A stretch of 64,000 nt of DNA, taken from the NCBI GenBank assembly GCA_965205605.1, contig CBDBHE010000007.1, positions 393,977-457,976 on the forward strand. Reading direction: 5' to 3'. The notes beneath the pieces were generated by a model. That model saw only the letters and a program-made list of their open reading frames with translations. It made no database searches and had not been told where the DNA came from. Position numbers and translations under genes: made by a program. The stretch's first letter is position 1. The number at the start of each line of letters is the position of its first letter. This stretch comes from Spirochaetota bacterium. GTDB taxonomy: Bacteria; Spirochaetota; UBA12135; COTS27; CBDBHE01. Of this stretch, positions 1 through 10,207 are shown piece after piece.

Positions 1-267
1 AAAAAAAAAAAATCTTATTTACGACATCATTGGAAATTAGGCGTTCACTTAATCTTTAAAACAAAACGATTTGGGGTGAATAACAAATGGTGGGTCCCTT
101 TTGATTCTCTTTGGGGCACTGGCCCCTTGAAAATGATCTTAAAAACACTTTTGATCCTCCCTCTCGTCAAAAATTACCTGGCTCTCAAAAAAAGAATGGG
201 GCATTCTGTTGGCTTTATTCCCAAAAAAGAATATGACCTCTTATTTAAAAAAATTAATAATCAATAA
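1..267 (+). CDS. C-terminal fragment of an unknown protein; reading frame is open back to position 1 and continues upstream of the window
   Basis: Frame 1 is open from nt 1 (KKKKSYLRHHWKLGVHLIFKTKRFGVNNKWW...) to the stop at 265-267. The ORF track starts it at an internal ATG at 76. Locally higher GC than neighbours. No recognisable family. Confidence 0.3.
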   Translation, partial: KKKKSYLRHHWKLGVHLIFKTKRFGVNNKWWVPFDSLWGTGPLKMILKTLLILPLVKNYLALKKRMGHSVGFIPKKEYDLLFKKINNQ

Positions 268-1177
268 TAAGGTAATCTTTTGCATTTTGATACGCATTGG
301 CTAATTTAACACTGTAATAAAAATCACCACTACTAATACCAAAATAATTCCCCTTAGAAATGAAATCCCCTTCTTTATAGTGACTAACATCAACTGAAAG
401 CAACCCTTCGTACCTTGTTTCATAACCATACGAATGATCAATCATGACTGAAAAAAATTTATTTTCATCATTTAAAACAATTTTTTTAATCGTCCCACTG
501 GCCGTCGCAAGTACTTTTAAACCCACAACACTTTGAATAAAAAGTTTTTTAGAACCCGCTATTTTACGTAAAGCCCCCAAATGACTTTCAATCGGCCATA
601 ACGTAGGGACAAATTTAATAAATTGTTTTCGTCTTTGAAAAAAATTATTAAGATATTCACTATCATCAGCCAAAACATTATTCTTTAATTTTTTTTTTAA
701 AAGAAAATCAGAAGCTTCAAGTGATGATTTTTTTTGAAATAAATTTTCAAATTCTTTTGGGAGGTTTTCTACTGTAAAATCAATGCCTCCAATACCACCT
801 TTTTTTTTTGAATCCACTCTTTTTTTGCCTACTTTAGAAGCCAATTTTTCTAACTTATTAGTAAAACGAAAATAAACATTCTTATAATAATAATTAAATT
901 CTTCTTCATAAAAAATAGCTAGTTTTTTTTTTATGATCACATTTTTTTTAAGATCAACTAACTTTATGTGCAAGTAAATTCGATCAATCGCAAAAAAACA
1001 AGAAAATAATAAAATTAAAAAAGAACCTAAAAGAATGAAAAAAAAAAACTTTTTAGGCAAATTAAAATAAAAAGACTTCTTTTGGCGATTTGTTGAAACA
1101 ATTAAAATACAACTAAATGCATACAAGGTATTTAAAACCCATTTTTTTATTTTCAATACAATCGTTGATATCTTCAT
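254..1177 (-). CDS. Membrane-anchored LytM/M23 peptidase-like protein with degenerate catalytic motifs (dLytM-type)
   Basis: N-terminal hydrophobic segment. C-terminal IDHSYGYETRYEGL...GISSGDFYYSVKL aligns to M23 KHGNGY..YAHL...GSTG..HLHFE, but the His of YAHL and the HxH are replaced (E, YYS). Confidence 0.55.
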   Translation of the reverse strand: MKISTIVLKIKKWVLNTLYAFSCILIVSTNRQKKSFYFNLPKKFFFFILLGSFLILLFSCFFAIDRIYLHIKLVDLKKNVIIKKKLAIFYEEEFNYYYKNVYFRFTNKLEKLASKVGKKRVDSKKKGGIGGIDFTVENLPKEFENLFQKKSSLEASDFLLKKKLKNNVLADDSEYLNNFFQRRKQFIKFVPTLWPIESHLGALRKIAGSKKLFIQSVVGLKVLATASGTIKKIVLNDENKFFSVMIDHSYGYETRYEGLLSVDVSHYKEGDFISKGNYFGISSGDFYYSVKLANAYQNAKDYLIIDY

Positions 1178-1242
1178 AAAAGTTAAAAATGAAATTATTT
1201 TATATTATCGGAAAAATTATTGAAGTTTAAACTTAAAAAAAA

Positions 1243-2208
1243 TTAGTCTGGAAATTTATGACGATAAAGCTTACTAACTCGATCTAAAAAAAGCTGTTCT
1301 TCAACTCTAAGGGCGTTTAATCCTTTTTGAGAAATCATTTGTAATAAAACATCAATGGTTTCTTCAATTTGCTTATCTGTCATTTTTCTTTCATCTAAAT
1401 CAAAATGCTTTTTTCTTTTAAATATTCCTCCTTTAAAAAAAAAATTTTTTTCTTTTGAAATTTGAGTATGTTCGTAAACTTGGGAAGAAGACAAACCAAA
1501 AAATTCTTTAAAGCTTCCAAATAATCGCCTCAATGAATTATTAGGCACTTGATAAAGTTGATTTTTTTGATTTAAAAAAAAGAAAATAACCCCAAATAAC
1601 ATCCCTCCAATATGCCCCGCATGAGAAACTCCACTCTTGGCATTTGAAAATAAAGAAAACAATTCGATCAATCCATACCCAATGGCAAAATGCTTGGCTT
1701 TAAGAGTAATGGGAAGAATGAAAAATAAAAGAAGCGTGATTTGCCGCTCTGGAAAATAAAGAGCATACGCCACTAAAATCCCTAAAATAGCCCCACTCGC
1801 CCCTAATGTCGTTGGAGCTATTTTTTGATTGAAATAAAACATCGATACCCAATCAACCAATAAAATAAAAAATCCAGCTCCAATTCCTGTAAAAAAATAA
1901 TATTGTAAAAAACGTTTCTTTCCCCATTCTCTTTCTAAATCTGCTCCAAAGAAAAATAAAAACAAAAGATTAAAAAGAATATGCCAAAAATTCCCATGCA
2001 AAAACATGTACGTCAAAACTTGCCAGTACATGTTGTAATTTAAAACTTGGTGATAATTTAAAGCAAACGATTTAACAATCAGTCCATTGAGCCCAGTAAA
2101 CGTCTGTAAAAAAAAAATAACGATATTAATGATTAATAAAATTTTAACCGCCGGGGTAAAATAACCTCCAAATGGGCTGTTAGATATAGATCGACGATAA
2201 TAATTCAC
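1243..2208 (-). CDS. Rhomboid-family intramembrane serine protease with a C-terminal soluble extension
   Basis: Multi-TM protein containing GASGAILG (catalytic Ser) and a downstream HAGHIGG motif (catalytic His), as in GlpG/rhomboid. Confidence 0.75.
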   Translation of the reverse strand: MNYYRRSISNSPFGGYFTPAVKILLIINIVIFFLQTFTGLNGLIVKSFALNYHQVLNYNMYWQVLTYMFLHGNFWHILFNLLFLFFFGADLEREWGKKRFLQYYFFTGIGAGFFILLVDWVSMFYFNQKIAPTTLGASGAILGILVAYALYFPERQITLLLFFILPITLKAKHFAIGYGLIELFSLFSNAKSGVSHAGHIGGMLFGVIFFFLNQKNQLYQVPNNSLRRLFGSFKEFFGLSSSQVYEHTQISKEKNFFFKGGIFKRKKHFDLDERKMTDKQIEETIDVLLQMISQKGLNALRVEEQLFLDRVSKLYRHKFPD

Positions 2209-2311
2209 AAGACTAAATTTCCTTTTTACTTCCTAAGTATATCATAACATTCATACAAAAATTTTATTCTTTGACCCTATTTAACTTCTATATTATATTG
2301 TAATTATCAAC

Positions 2312-3865
2312 ATGTGTAAGTGGATAGAGTATTTTTCCAACCAAAAGCCTTTTCATAAAAAAGCTAATTTCTCTAAAGATTATCCTAATTTTTCTCCTAG
2401 TATTGACCAAATCGTTCTGTATCTTCATAAAAAATCAAAATGGCAAGACCTTCAAAATCACCTTAATTATTTAAACAAACTCCCAATCATTACTTTCCAA
2501 TCTCGTGAAGTTTCTTCTCTTTTAATCATGGTTGAAAATCATAAAAAAGTGATGATAAAAAAATTTTTTTATGATACCCTCGTTCAAAAATTTCAAAATG
2601 AATTTCATACTTATCTTTTAGGATTATCCCTCCTTTATGAACATCTTTGCGAAGATTTGAGTATTGATTTACACAGTCTTTTTCCTTCTTTTCTTGCCCA
2701 AAGAAAAATAGCTCTTTATCCTGAAGAGTTTAGTTTACTTTATGGTACTCTTAAAGAAGACACCGTCTCTCAAAAAGCATTTTTGTTTTTAAATTTAATT
2801 CATTATCAAAAAATCAATCAGGTTTCCTCTCTTGAAAAAAAAATTATTCGAGATTGCTTAGGTGTTTCTTACACAAAAAGATTACTAGGACTTAAAAAAA
2901 ATGATTATAAATACTTAGAATCAAAACCAGACTTAAGCAACCAAAACTCAAAACAACTTGAAATCTACTATAAAGTAAAAGAAGAAATTAGCATCAATCA
3001 AATTGATTTTTTAAGTTATACTCAAAACTATTTAAAAGATAAAAAAATAATTTCATGGTGTTGGTGGATGATTAGTCCTTTCTTGGCTTCGGATGTTTCG
3101 ACATTACTCCATTTGATTTCAGAGGCTAAAAAAATCAAACGTGTGTATATTGACTTGTGCACTGAATCTGAAAAAATTTATCAAGATTATATTCAAAATA
3201 AAGATATTAAAGAAGAAACCATCGAAAAGGAAATTAAAAAAATATATCCCCCTACTTTAAAAAATTTTCAAAAAGAAATTTTTCCTTATGAAGTTTTACT
3301 TGAAAAATTAAAATTTCTTTCTATTCCAGTAAAATGTTTTGGGTTTAACGGTATCGACCTCATAAATAAAGAACCTATTTTAATTAAAGAAAATAATATC
3401 CTCGATTACCCCATTGATCAAAAATGGAAAAAAGCTCTTTATCAAGAATATCAAAATATTGATCAACTTAAAGAAAATGAAATCATTGTTTATTTTCATT
3501 TTATGAAACCCATGTTTTTTTTCCCACCTAATTTACAAGATTCGCGTATCGAAAAAATTATTCATACCGACCAATTCACTGGATTTGGTTCTCAAAAACC
3601 AGAAAACGCTTTGGCTATTTATTCTTGGTATCACTCAAGTGCTTCTAATTCTTTTATTTATCCTGATATCAAGAAAGCTTCTTTTAAAAATGAAAACATT
3701 ATTCATTTTCCAAAAATTAATGATCAGATTCCAAAGCTTAATTACGCTAAGTTTAATCAATTTAAACTCTATGACACGATGATTTATTCTTCAAAATCAA
3801 ACGAAGGAGACGGAGAAAAGGATTTTGTTGAAAATCCAAATTCGATTTTTACTTTTTCATCTTAA
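2312..3865 (+). CDS. Hypothetical protein, 517 aa, no recognisable domain
   Basis: Long uninterrupted ORF diverging from the rhomboid gene. Lys/Asn-rich with no motif I can assign. Confidence 0.5.
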   Translation: MCKWIEYFSNQKPFHKKANFSKDYPNFSPSIDQIVLYLHKKSKWQDLQNHLNYLNKLPIITFQSREVSSLLIMVENHKKVMIKKFFYDTLVQKFQNEFHTYLLGLSLLYEHLCEDLSIDLHSLFPSFLAQRKIALYPEEFSLLYGTLKEDTVSQKAFLFLNLIHYQKINQVSSLEKKIIRDCLGVSYTKRLLGLKKNDYKYLESKPDLSNQNSKQLEIYYKVKEEISINQIDFLSYTQNYLKDKKIISWCWWMISPFLASDVSTLLHLISEAKKIKRVYIDLCTESEKIYQDYIQNKDIKEETIEKEIKKIYPPTLKNFQKEIFPYEVLLEKLKFLSIPVKCFGFNGIDLINKEPILIKENNILDYPIDQKWKKALYQEYQNIDQLKENEIIVYFHFMKPMFFFPPNLQDSRIEKIIHTDQFTGFGSQKPENALAIYSWYHSSASNSFIYPDIKKASFKNENIIHFPKINDQIPKLNYAKFNQFKLYDTMIYSSKSNEGDGEKDFVENPNSIFTFSS

Positions 3866-3871
3866 AAAAAA

Positions 3872-5839
3872 TTAAATCAATTCTACTGGGTCCATATCAT
3901 ATTCAATATAAATCGAAGGCGATCGCTTCAAACGATGTTTAAACTGATCTAATCCTTGAAAAAAACGATTCAAATCTTTAATTCTCATTAAATAATTCCA
4001 CCGATAATGATGTTTAATTTTGCTCAAAAGACAAGGTGCTGGCCCTAAAATTTGAGCCGAATCACTTAAACTATCAGCTAAATTTTTTTTTATTCCCAAG
4101 CTAAACTCAATGAGTTTTTTTTCTTCTTTTGACCTAAGAACCATTCGAAACAATTTAGAAAAAGGAGGGTATGCAAATTCTCTCCTTACTTTAATTTCTT
4201 TTTCATAAAAAGCAAGATAATCCTGCTCACACCCATATTTAATCGCATAATGATCCGCTAAATCAGTTAAAACAACGACATTTCCTTTTAAAGATCGTCT
4301 TCCTGCTCGACCAGAAACTTGAGTAATTTGACTAAAAACTCGTTCGCTAGAACGAAAATCAGGAAAAGCTAAATATCGTTCTGGGTAAATCACAATCACA
4401 AGCTGGACATCTGGAAAATCATGTCCTTTAATAATCATTTGCGTACCAACGATAATATTGTACTTGTGATGAATAAAATCTTTTAAATGTTCTTTGATTT
4501 TTTTAGGGGTTGAAAGCTGATCCGAATCAAAGCGTAAGACTTTAGCTTTATCAATTTTTTCTACAATTTCTTCCACTAATCGTTCCGTACCAATGCCTAT
4601 GGTAGAAAGAGAACCTTGCTTACAGCGCTCACAAGTTTTTATATTAATATTTTTTTTTTCAAACCCACATTGATGACAGAGCAGTTTTCCTCTTGCTTTA
4701 TGATAGGTAAGACTCACATCACAACGATAACAACGCCAAAAAAACCCACACTGCTTACAAAAAAGACTCGGTGCATAACCTCGATAATTAATATATAAAA
4801 TAGATTGGTGTCCTTTTTCTAAATTGCTATATAACATTTTTAAAATATCTCGATTGATAACGGTTTGGCTTCCTTTCTTAGAGCTCACCACTTGACTCTG
4901 AGGTAAGGGAACTCCTTGATAGCGAGTATCAAGAGAATAATAATTAATTTTTTTTTGTCTAGTTTGATAAAAAATTTCAACAGATGGGGTTGCCGAACCT
5001 AACACTAGAGGGACTTGATACTGGCGACATTTATACTGAGCGACTTGTCTTGCATGATAGCGAGGAACTTGATTATTTTTGTACGTCGGCTCATGCTCTT
5101 CATCAACAATAATGAGCCCCAAGTTAACCGTCGGAGCAAAAACCGCCGAACGAGGCCCAATAATAATATTAATTTTTTCTTCTAAAACTTCTTGGTAGAG
5201 TTGTCTCTTTTTTTCAGAACTAATTTGAGCATGAATGACAGCAATCCTTTCTTGATAAAAAAAAGAAGTTAAAACGTCTTCGACTTGAGAAGTGAGACCT
5301 ATTTCAGGAATCAGTAAAATCACTTGTTTGTTACGAGCAATGGTTTTTTGAATTAAATCAATATAAATATGTGTTTTCCCACTGCCGGTGATACCGTGAA
5401 TAAGAGAAATATTAAAGGTAATCGCATTTTTTAAAATTTGAATAGCTATTTGGTTTTGTTTTTCTGTAAGAGATAAAATCATTTTTTTCTCTTGTTGATT
5501 AAGAATTTTTCTTTTTCTTTTAACAACCTTAGAAGAAGAAAACGAAAAAAAAAGTGAAAGAGCTTCTCCTAAAGAAGCACTATAATACCGAGAAATCCAC
5601 TGAGCAAGCTCAAAATCTTTTTTAGAAATAAGTGGTTTTTCATCAATAAGACTTAAAACAGATTTTAATTTATTAGTTTGTTTAAACTGAGAAGTTTTTG
5701 ATTCTGAGATGATAAAACCGATTTTTTTTTTAGTACCAAAAGAAACAAGCACTCTTTTAAAAAGAGACCCAGTAAAAGAAGATTGATAAGAAAAAGACTG
5801 CTTAAGAGGTGTTTTAAAAACAACCTCAACATAAATCAT
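3872..5839 (-). CDS. priA: Primosomal protein N' (replication restart helicase PriA)
   Basis: Walker A GITGSGKTH, DEEH box, and a C-terminal Cys cluster CKQCGFFWRCYRCDVSLTYHKARGKLLCHQCG typical of PriA. Confidence 0.85.
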   Translation of the reverse strand: MIYVEVVFKTPLKQSFSYQSSFTGSLFKRVLVSFGTKKKIGFIISESKTSQFKQTNKLKSVLSLIDEKPLISKKDFELAQWISRYYSASLGEALSLFFSFSSSKVVKRKRKILNQQEKKMILSLTEKQNQIAIQILKNAITFNISLIHGITGSGKTHIYIDLIQKTIARNKQVILLIPEIGLTSQVEDVLTSFFYQERIAVIHAQISSEKKRQLYQEVLEEKINIIIGPRSAVFAPTVNLGLIIVDEEHEPTYKNNQVPRYHARQVAQYKCRQYQVPLVLGSATPSVEIFYQTRQKKINYYSLDTRYQGVPLPQSQVVSSKKGSQTVINRDILKMLYSNLEKGHQSILYINYRGYAPSLFCKQCGFFWRCYRCDVSLTYHKARGKLLCHQCGFEKKNINIKTCERCKQGSLSTIGIGTERLVEEIVEKIDKAKVLRFDSDQLSTPKKIKEHLKDFIHHKYNIIVGTQMIIKGHDFPDVQLVIVIYPERYLAFPDFRSSERVFSQITQVSGRAGRRSLKGNVVVLTDLADHYAIKYGCEQDYLAFYEKEIKVRREFAYPPFSKLFRMVLRSKEEKKLIEFSLGIKKNLADSLSDSAQILGPAPCLLSKIKHHYRWNYLMRIKDLNRFFQGLDQFKHRLKRSPSIYIEYDMDPVELI

Positions 5840-6186
5840 TTTTGACTATTTTTACATTCTTTAGGGTTAGCACACTGAGTGGTCCAGGGGATAGCTTGTA
5901 GCCGCTTGCTATTAATTGCTTTGCCGCAATGAACACAAATCCCATATTTTTTATTATCGATACGAATTAAAGCCCCATCAATAGCCCTAAGTAATTTTTT
6001 TTCATTTTCAGACATTTCAATGGCTAAATCTTTTTCATACATATTAAAAGCGGCATCGACCATATCACCGACTTCATTTTTACTTAAATCACCAAATTTT
6101 TCTTTATCCCCGTAAAGTTGTGTTAAGACTTTTTTTCTTTCTTTTATCAGTAAGTTTTTATATGACTCAATTTTTTCTTGTTTCAT
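5836..6186 (-). CDS. DksA/TraR-family C4 zinc-finger protein
   Basis: C-terminal CVHCGKAINSKRLQAIPWTTQCANPKEC zinc-finger pattern. Small coiled-coil N-terminus. 4-nt overlap with priA. Confidence 0.6.
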   Translation of the reverse strand: MKQEKIESYKNLLIKERKKVLTQLYGDKEKFGDLSKNEVGDMVDAAFNMYEKDLAIEMSENEKKLLRAIDGALIRIDNKKYGICVHCGKAINSKRLQAIPWTTQCANPKECKNSQK

Positions 6187-6207
6187 AAAATATCCTTAGA
6201 ATCTTTT

Positions 6208-6648
6208 TTAATTTTTAGAATTTTTTTTCAAATCAACCACTTCTTTTTTTTTATTCAAATTTTCTTGATTTTCTTTAGGGGACACATCAAGTTTTTCTGA
6301 AACAAGCTCTATATAACATTGCGTTGCTCCATCTCCTTTTCGCCTAATGGCTTTATAAATTCTTGTATAACCACCTTTTTGGTTTTTGTAGCGTTTACCG
6401 ATATCTTCAAATAATTTTTTAAGGATTCTTGTATTTTTAATATTTTTATAAACTTCTCTTCGATGATGCACCGTATCGCTTTTAGAACGTGTGATTATTT
6501 TTTCAACAAAGCTTTTTAAAACTTTAGCTTTAGGAAGGGTTGTTTTAATCTTCTCGGACTTTAAAAGAGAAGTAGAAAGATTACGAAGCATCGCTTTTCT
6601 ATGCTTTCGATCTTTACCTAATTTTTTAATTTTACTACGATGATTCAA
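6208..6648 (-). CDS. rplQ: 50S ribosomal protein L17
   Basis: MNHRSKIKKLGKDRKHRKAMLRNL... is a typical L17 N-terminus. Sits at the end of the alpha operon. Confidence 0.9.
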   Translation of the reverse strand: MNHRSKIKKLGKDRKHRKAMLRNLSTSLLKSEKIKTTLPKAKVLKSFVEKIITRSKSDTVHHRREVYKNIKNTRILKKLFEDIGKRYKNQKGGYTRIYKAIRRKGDGATQCYIELVSEKLDVSPKENQENLNKKKEVVDLKKNSKN

Positions 6649-6662
6649 AAATAAGTCCTTTA

Positions 6663-7676
6663 CTAAAAAATTCCTTTTTCAATATAATCGATATTTTTCA
6701 TATCTAAACTTAAATCTTTTTCACTTATTTTTTCCTTAATATCTTCAATGATTGCCTCATTACAATATTTTTTAGATAATAAATCTTTTTCATTTTTTAT
6801 AACAATTTGTCCAATTTCTTTCATTTCATTCATCTTAAGAAAAAAATGAGTCCTAACAGAAAAAGGAATCGTATAAATGGTCTCATTAAAAATAGAGCTT
6901 TTTTCTAAACTAGATTCTTCTAAATTATTACCTACAGGAGAGGTAATAGGTTCTGTTGTAATTTCTCCAAAGGTCTTGTAAGATTCTTTTAAAATTTGAG
7001 CCGCTTCTTGAAGAGCGGCTTCAGGCGAAATGGTGCCTTTTGTTTTAATATCAAATTCAAGTTCTTCATAATACTTATTATTACCAAAATGAAAAGACTT
7101 TACTTTAAAGCTTACATTTAAAATAGGTGAATAATCTGCATCAATTGGAATGGTGCCTTCAATTTGAATCATTTCTCTAAAAGATTCACTTTCAACATAA
7201 CCTCTCCCTTTTTCGACTTGTACTTCAAAATCAATTTCTTGTAATTTGTCATAAGAACAGATTTCGTGTTCTAAATTTCCAATGATAAGATTGTTATCCA
7301 AAGACAAAAAATCTTTACCTTTAAGCACACCACTTCCTTTTAGCTTCAGCTTAAAAACCCTAGAAGTCATCGTTGTGTCTTTAAAGCCAATAGCGAGTGC
7401 TTTTAAATTAGCTATAATTTCAATGGTGTCTTCAAAGACCCCTTCAATATTTTGAAACTCATTGTTAACACCACTAACCCTAATTGCAACAACACTGTAT
7501 CCTGGGATAACTGAAAGTAAAGTCCTCCTAAGAGAATTACCTATGGTGGTTCCAAATCCTTTTTCATAAGGTTTGGCAGAAAAAATTCCTCTGTTATTTT
7601 CTTCGGAAACTTTAATAAAATTAACCTCCTTGGGCCTTTTAAGACTCGAAATTAATTTTGTTTCTACTATAGTCAT
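6663..7676 (-). CDS. rpoA: DNA-directed RNA polymerase alpha subunit
   Basis: GFGTTIGNSLRRTLLSVIPGYSVVAIRV motif. Positioned between rpsK and rplQ. Confidence 0.92.
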   Translation of the reverse strand: MTIVETKLISSLKRPKEVNFIKVSEENNRGIFSAKPYEKGFGTTIGNSLRRTLLSVIPGYSVVAIRVSGVNNEFQNIEGVFEDTIEIIANLKALAIGFKDTTMTSRVFKLKLKGSGVLKGKDFLSLDNNLIIGNLEHEICSYDKLQEIDFEVQVEKGRGYVESESFREMIQIEGTIPIDADYSPILNVSFKVKSFHFGNNKYYEELEFDIKTKGTISPEAALQEAAQILKESYKTFGEITTEPITSPVGNNLEESSLEKSSIFNETIYTIPFSVRTHFFLKMNEMKEIGQIVIKNEKDLLSKKYCNEAIIEDIKEKISEKDLSLDMKNIDYIEKGIF

Positions 7677-7682
7677 TTCGAT

Positions 7683-8063
7683 TTATACTCTCCTTACTTT
7701 TCTAGCTCGACAACCATTATGGGGAACCCCCGTAACATCTTTAATCAAACTAATTTTAATACCTGCTTTAGCAACCGCTCTTACCGCTGATTCACGTCCA
7801 AATCCAGGCCCTTTGACATAAACTTTTGCTTCTTGAAAGCCGTATTTTTGAGCGGACTCAATAGCAACTTTTGTTACTATTTGTGAAGCATAAGGAGTAC
7901 TTTTTTTTGCTCCTCTAAAATTCATCGCTCCCCCAGAAGACCAAGAAACAGCATTGCCATTAAGATCTGTAACGGTTACTATTGTATTATTAAACGTGTT
8001 TTTAATATGAACAATTCCTACAGGAATATGTTTTTTTACTTTTTTATGTTTTTTTGAAGCCAT
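7683..8063 (-). CDS. rpsK: 30S ribosomal protein S11
   Basis: [27 protein letters not shown]...[11 protein letters not shown]. Confidence 0.92.
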   Translation of the reverse strand: MASKKHKKVKKHIPVGIVHIKNTFNNTIVTVTDLNGNAVSWSSGGAMNFRGAKKSTPYASQIVTKVAIESAQKYGFQEAKVYVKGPGFGRESAVRAVAKAGIKISLIKDVTGVPHNGCRARKVRRV

Positions 8064-8078
8064 TATTTTTTTTAACCT

Positions 8079-8456
8079 TTATTTTTTAATCATTTTTTTA
8101 TTAGCGATTGTCTTTCCTTTTCCTTTTCGAGTACGTCCATTAGTTTGAGTTCTTTGCCCTCTAACAGGAAGCCCACTTCGATGCCTCATCCCCCGGTAAC
8201 AATTAATACTAATGAGCCTTTTAATAAAAGAATGTACTTTTGCCTTTAAATCTCCCTCTATTACATAGCTTTTTTCAATTACTTTTCTGATTTGATTTAC
8301 TTGTTCTGGACTTAAAGTACTTGCTTTTTTGTTTTGGTCAATCTTTGCTGCTTTTAAAATTTTAGAAGCCGAAGCAAGACCAATCCCATAAATATAAGTC
8401 AATGCAATAATAATGCGTTTATTAGGAAGATTAATTCCTGAAATTCTTGTAGCCAT
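8079..8456 (-). CDS. rpsM: 30S ribosomal protein S13
   Basis: [26 protein letters not shown]... Confidence 0.92.
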   Translation of the reverse strand: MATRISGINLPNKRIIIALTYIYGIGLASASKILKAAKIDQNKKASTLSPEQVNQIRKVIEKSYVIEGDLKAKVHSFIKRLISINCYRGMRHRSGLPVRGQRTQTNGRTRKGKGKTIANKKMIKK

Positions 8457-8469
8457 CGTGTCCTCTCCT

Positions 8470-8583
8470 TTATCCTTGCCGCTGTTTATGACGAGCGTTT
8501 TTACAAATGACCCGCAAAACTCCTTTTCTTCGAATAATTCGACAATCTTTACAAATTTTCTTAATAGAGCTTCTTACTTTCAT
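8470..8583 (-). CDS. rpmJ: 50S ribosomal protein L36 (37 aa; below the ORF-track length cut-off)
   Basis: Hand translation of the minus strand gives [37 protein letters not shown]. This carries the canonical L36 zinc-ribbon residues, and the gene sits in the canonical infA-rpmJ-rpsM position. Confidence 0.85.
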   Translation of the reverse strand: MKVRSSIKKICKDCRIIRRKGVLRVICKNARHKQRQG

Positions 8584-8598
8584 TGCTGGGTCCTTTTT

Positions 8599-8820
8599 TT
8601 ACTTTTGCCTGTAAACAATCCTACCTTTTGTTAAATCATAGGGAGAAAGTTGTACTTTGACAATATCTCCAGGTAATATTTTAATATAATACATCCTCAT
8701 TTTACCAGAAATATGACATAAAATCACATGTTTATTTTCTAATTTTACTTTAAACATCGCATTTGGAAGTGGCTCTACAACCGTACCACTTACTTCAATC
8801 AATTCTTCCTTTTTACTCAT
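8599..8820 (-). CDS. infA: Translation initiation factor IF-1
   Basis: [71 protein letters not shown]. Confidence 0.93.
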   Translation of the reverse strand: MSKKEELIEVSGTVVEPLPNAMFKVKLENKHVILCHISGKMRMYYIKILPGDIVKVQLSPYDLTKGRIVYRQK

Positions 8821-8843
8821 GCACTTTAAAAAATAATAAACTA

Positions 8844-10193
8844 CTAACGTTGCCGTTTTCTTGTTCTTTTTTTCTTACTCATAAATCCATCATATTCTTT
8901 CATTACCAACTGAGATTCGATTTGTTGCATTGTGTCTAAGTCAACTGAAACTAAAATAAGCAATGAAGTCCCCCCCATTAAATACACGAAACTTCTTGGC
9001 ATTCCTTCAAATAAATTAACTCGAAGAAGCAAATCAGGAAAAATTGCTATCAAAGCCAAAAAAATAGACCCCGCAAGGGTAATGCGCATTAAAACTTTTT
9101 GTAAGTATTCTTGAGTATGAGTTCCTGGCCTAATACCAGGGACATATCCTCCTCTTTTTTTAAGATTTTCTGCAATTTCAACAGGGTTAAATTGAATCGT
9201 TGTGTACATATAAGCAAAGGCAATCACTAAAAATCCATAAACAAACATATACAAAACATGACCTGGTGAAAAATAAGACGCTAAATTGGCAACCGTAGGA
9301 TATTTATCACCTAACATTTGAGCTACCTGGACAGGCAAAAGCACCACCGCAGAAGCAAAAATAATAGGAATGACCCCCGTTGGGTTAATTTTAAAAGGAA
9401 TATAGGTGCTTTGGGCTCCATAAATTTTTCTTCCAACAACTTTTTTAGCAAATTGCACCGGAATCCGCCTTTGACCTTGTTGTTCATACACAACAAAAAA
9501 AATAATCACCGCAAACACAATTAAAATCGCCATAAATCCTACGGGGTTAAAAACCCCTTCCCTAACACTACTAATAGTTTTAACAAATTCAACGGGAATA
9601 CGAGCTGCAATTCCTGCAAAAATAATAAGAGAAATCCCATTACCAATCCCTCTTTCGGTGACTTGCTCCCCAAGCCAAACTAAAAACATCGTCCCTGTTG
9701 TAATTGAGGTAACCGCAATAATAGAAAAAAGTATTCGATTATTTTCCAAATCAGGGGAAAGGACCCCTTCGTGAGAAGCAATCCAATTGCTAATAAAAGC
9801 CGATTGAAGCATACAAATTAAAATCGTTGCGTATCGCACATATTTTTGAATTTGCTTCCTACCCGCTTCTCCTTCTTTTGAAAGTTTTTCTAAATGAGGC
9901 ACAACCGCTGTCATCAACTGCATAAAAATCGAAGCACTAATATATGGCATTAATCCCAAAGCAAAAATCGTAAATTTCTCAAAAGCACCCCCTACAAAAA
10001 GATCAAAATACCCAATTAATCCCCCAAAGTTAGACTTACTAAGACGATCGGTCAACTCAGCGAGCCCTGTTGGATTAATACCAGGTGTTGTGATGTGAGC
10101 GCCTATTCGAAAAATAACCATCGCCATAATCGTAAATAAAACCTTTTTCCTTAAATCAGGGACCTTCAAAATATTAGTCAACATATTTGCCAT
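8844..10193 (-). CDS. secY: Preprotein translocase subunit SecY
   Basis: 10-TM protein with SecY signature regions. Follows rplO. Confidence 0.92.
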   Translation of the reverse strand: MANMLTNILKVPDLRKKVLFTIMAMVIFRIGAHITTPGINPTGLAELTDRLSKSNFGGLIGYFDLFVGGAFEKFTIFALGLMPYISASIFMQLMTAVVPHLEKLSKEGEAGRKQIQKYVRYATILICMLQSAFISNWIASHEGVLSPDLENNRILFSIIAVTSITTGTMFLVWLGEQVTERGIGNGISLIIFAGIAARIPVEFVKTISSVREGVFNPVGFMAILIVFAVIIFFVVYEQQGQRRIPVQFAKKVVGRKIYGAQSTYIPFKINPTGVIPIIFASAVVLLPVQVAQMLGDKYPTVANLASYFSPGHVLYMFVYGFLVIAFAYMYTTIQFNPVEIAENLKKRGGYVPGIRPGTHTQEYLQKVLMRITLAGSIFLALIAIFPDLLLRVNLFEGMPRSFVYLMGGTSLLILVSVDLDTMQQIESQLVMKEYDGFMSKKKRTRKRQR

Positions 10194-10207
10194 CGTGATT
10201 CTTTCTC

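Noticed and set aside
1-12. A12 run at the window start as a feature
   Set aside because: Runs of A/T of 10-12 nt are frequent throughout this AT-rich sequence, including inside CDS. Only the 16- and 20-nt outliers are highlighted.
76-267. 63-aa ORF from the track as a stand-alone small protein
   Set aside because: The same frame is open all the way back to nt 1, so it is more likely the 3' end of a gene that starts upstream of the window. It is reported as a partial CDS instead.
7573-7821. Antisense ORFs overlapping ribosomal and other genes (7573-7821, 8413-8634, 10858-11112, 11119-11484, 20144-20569, 39297-39750, 40134-40586 and similar)
   Set aside because: They lie opposite strongly conserved genes and have low-complexity, unrecognisable translations. 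They are typical shadow ORFs in AT-rich DNA.
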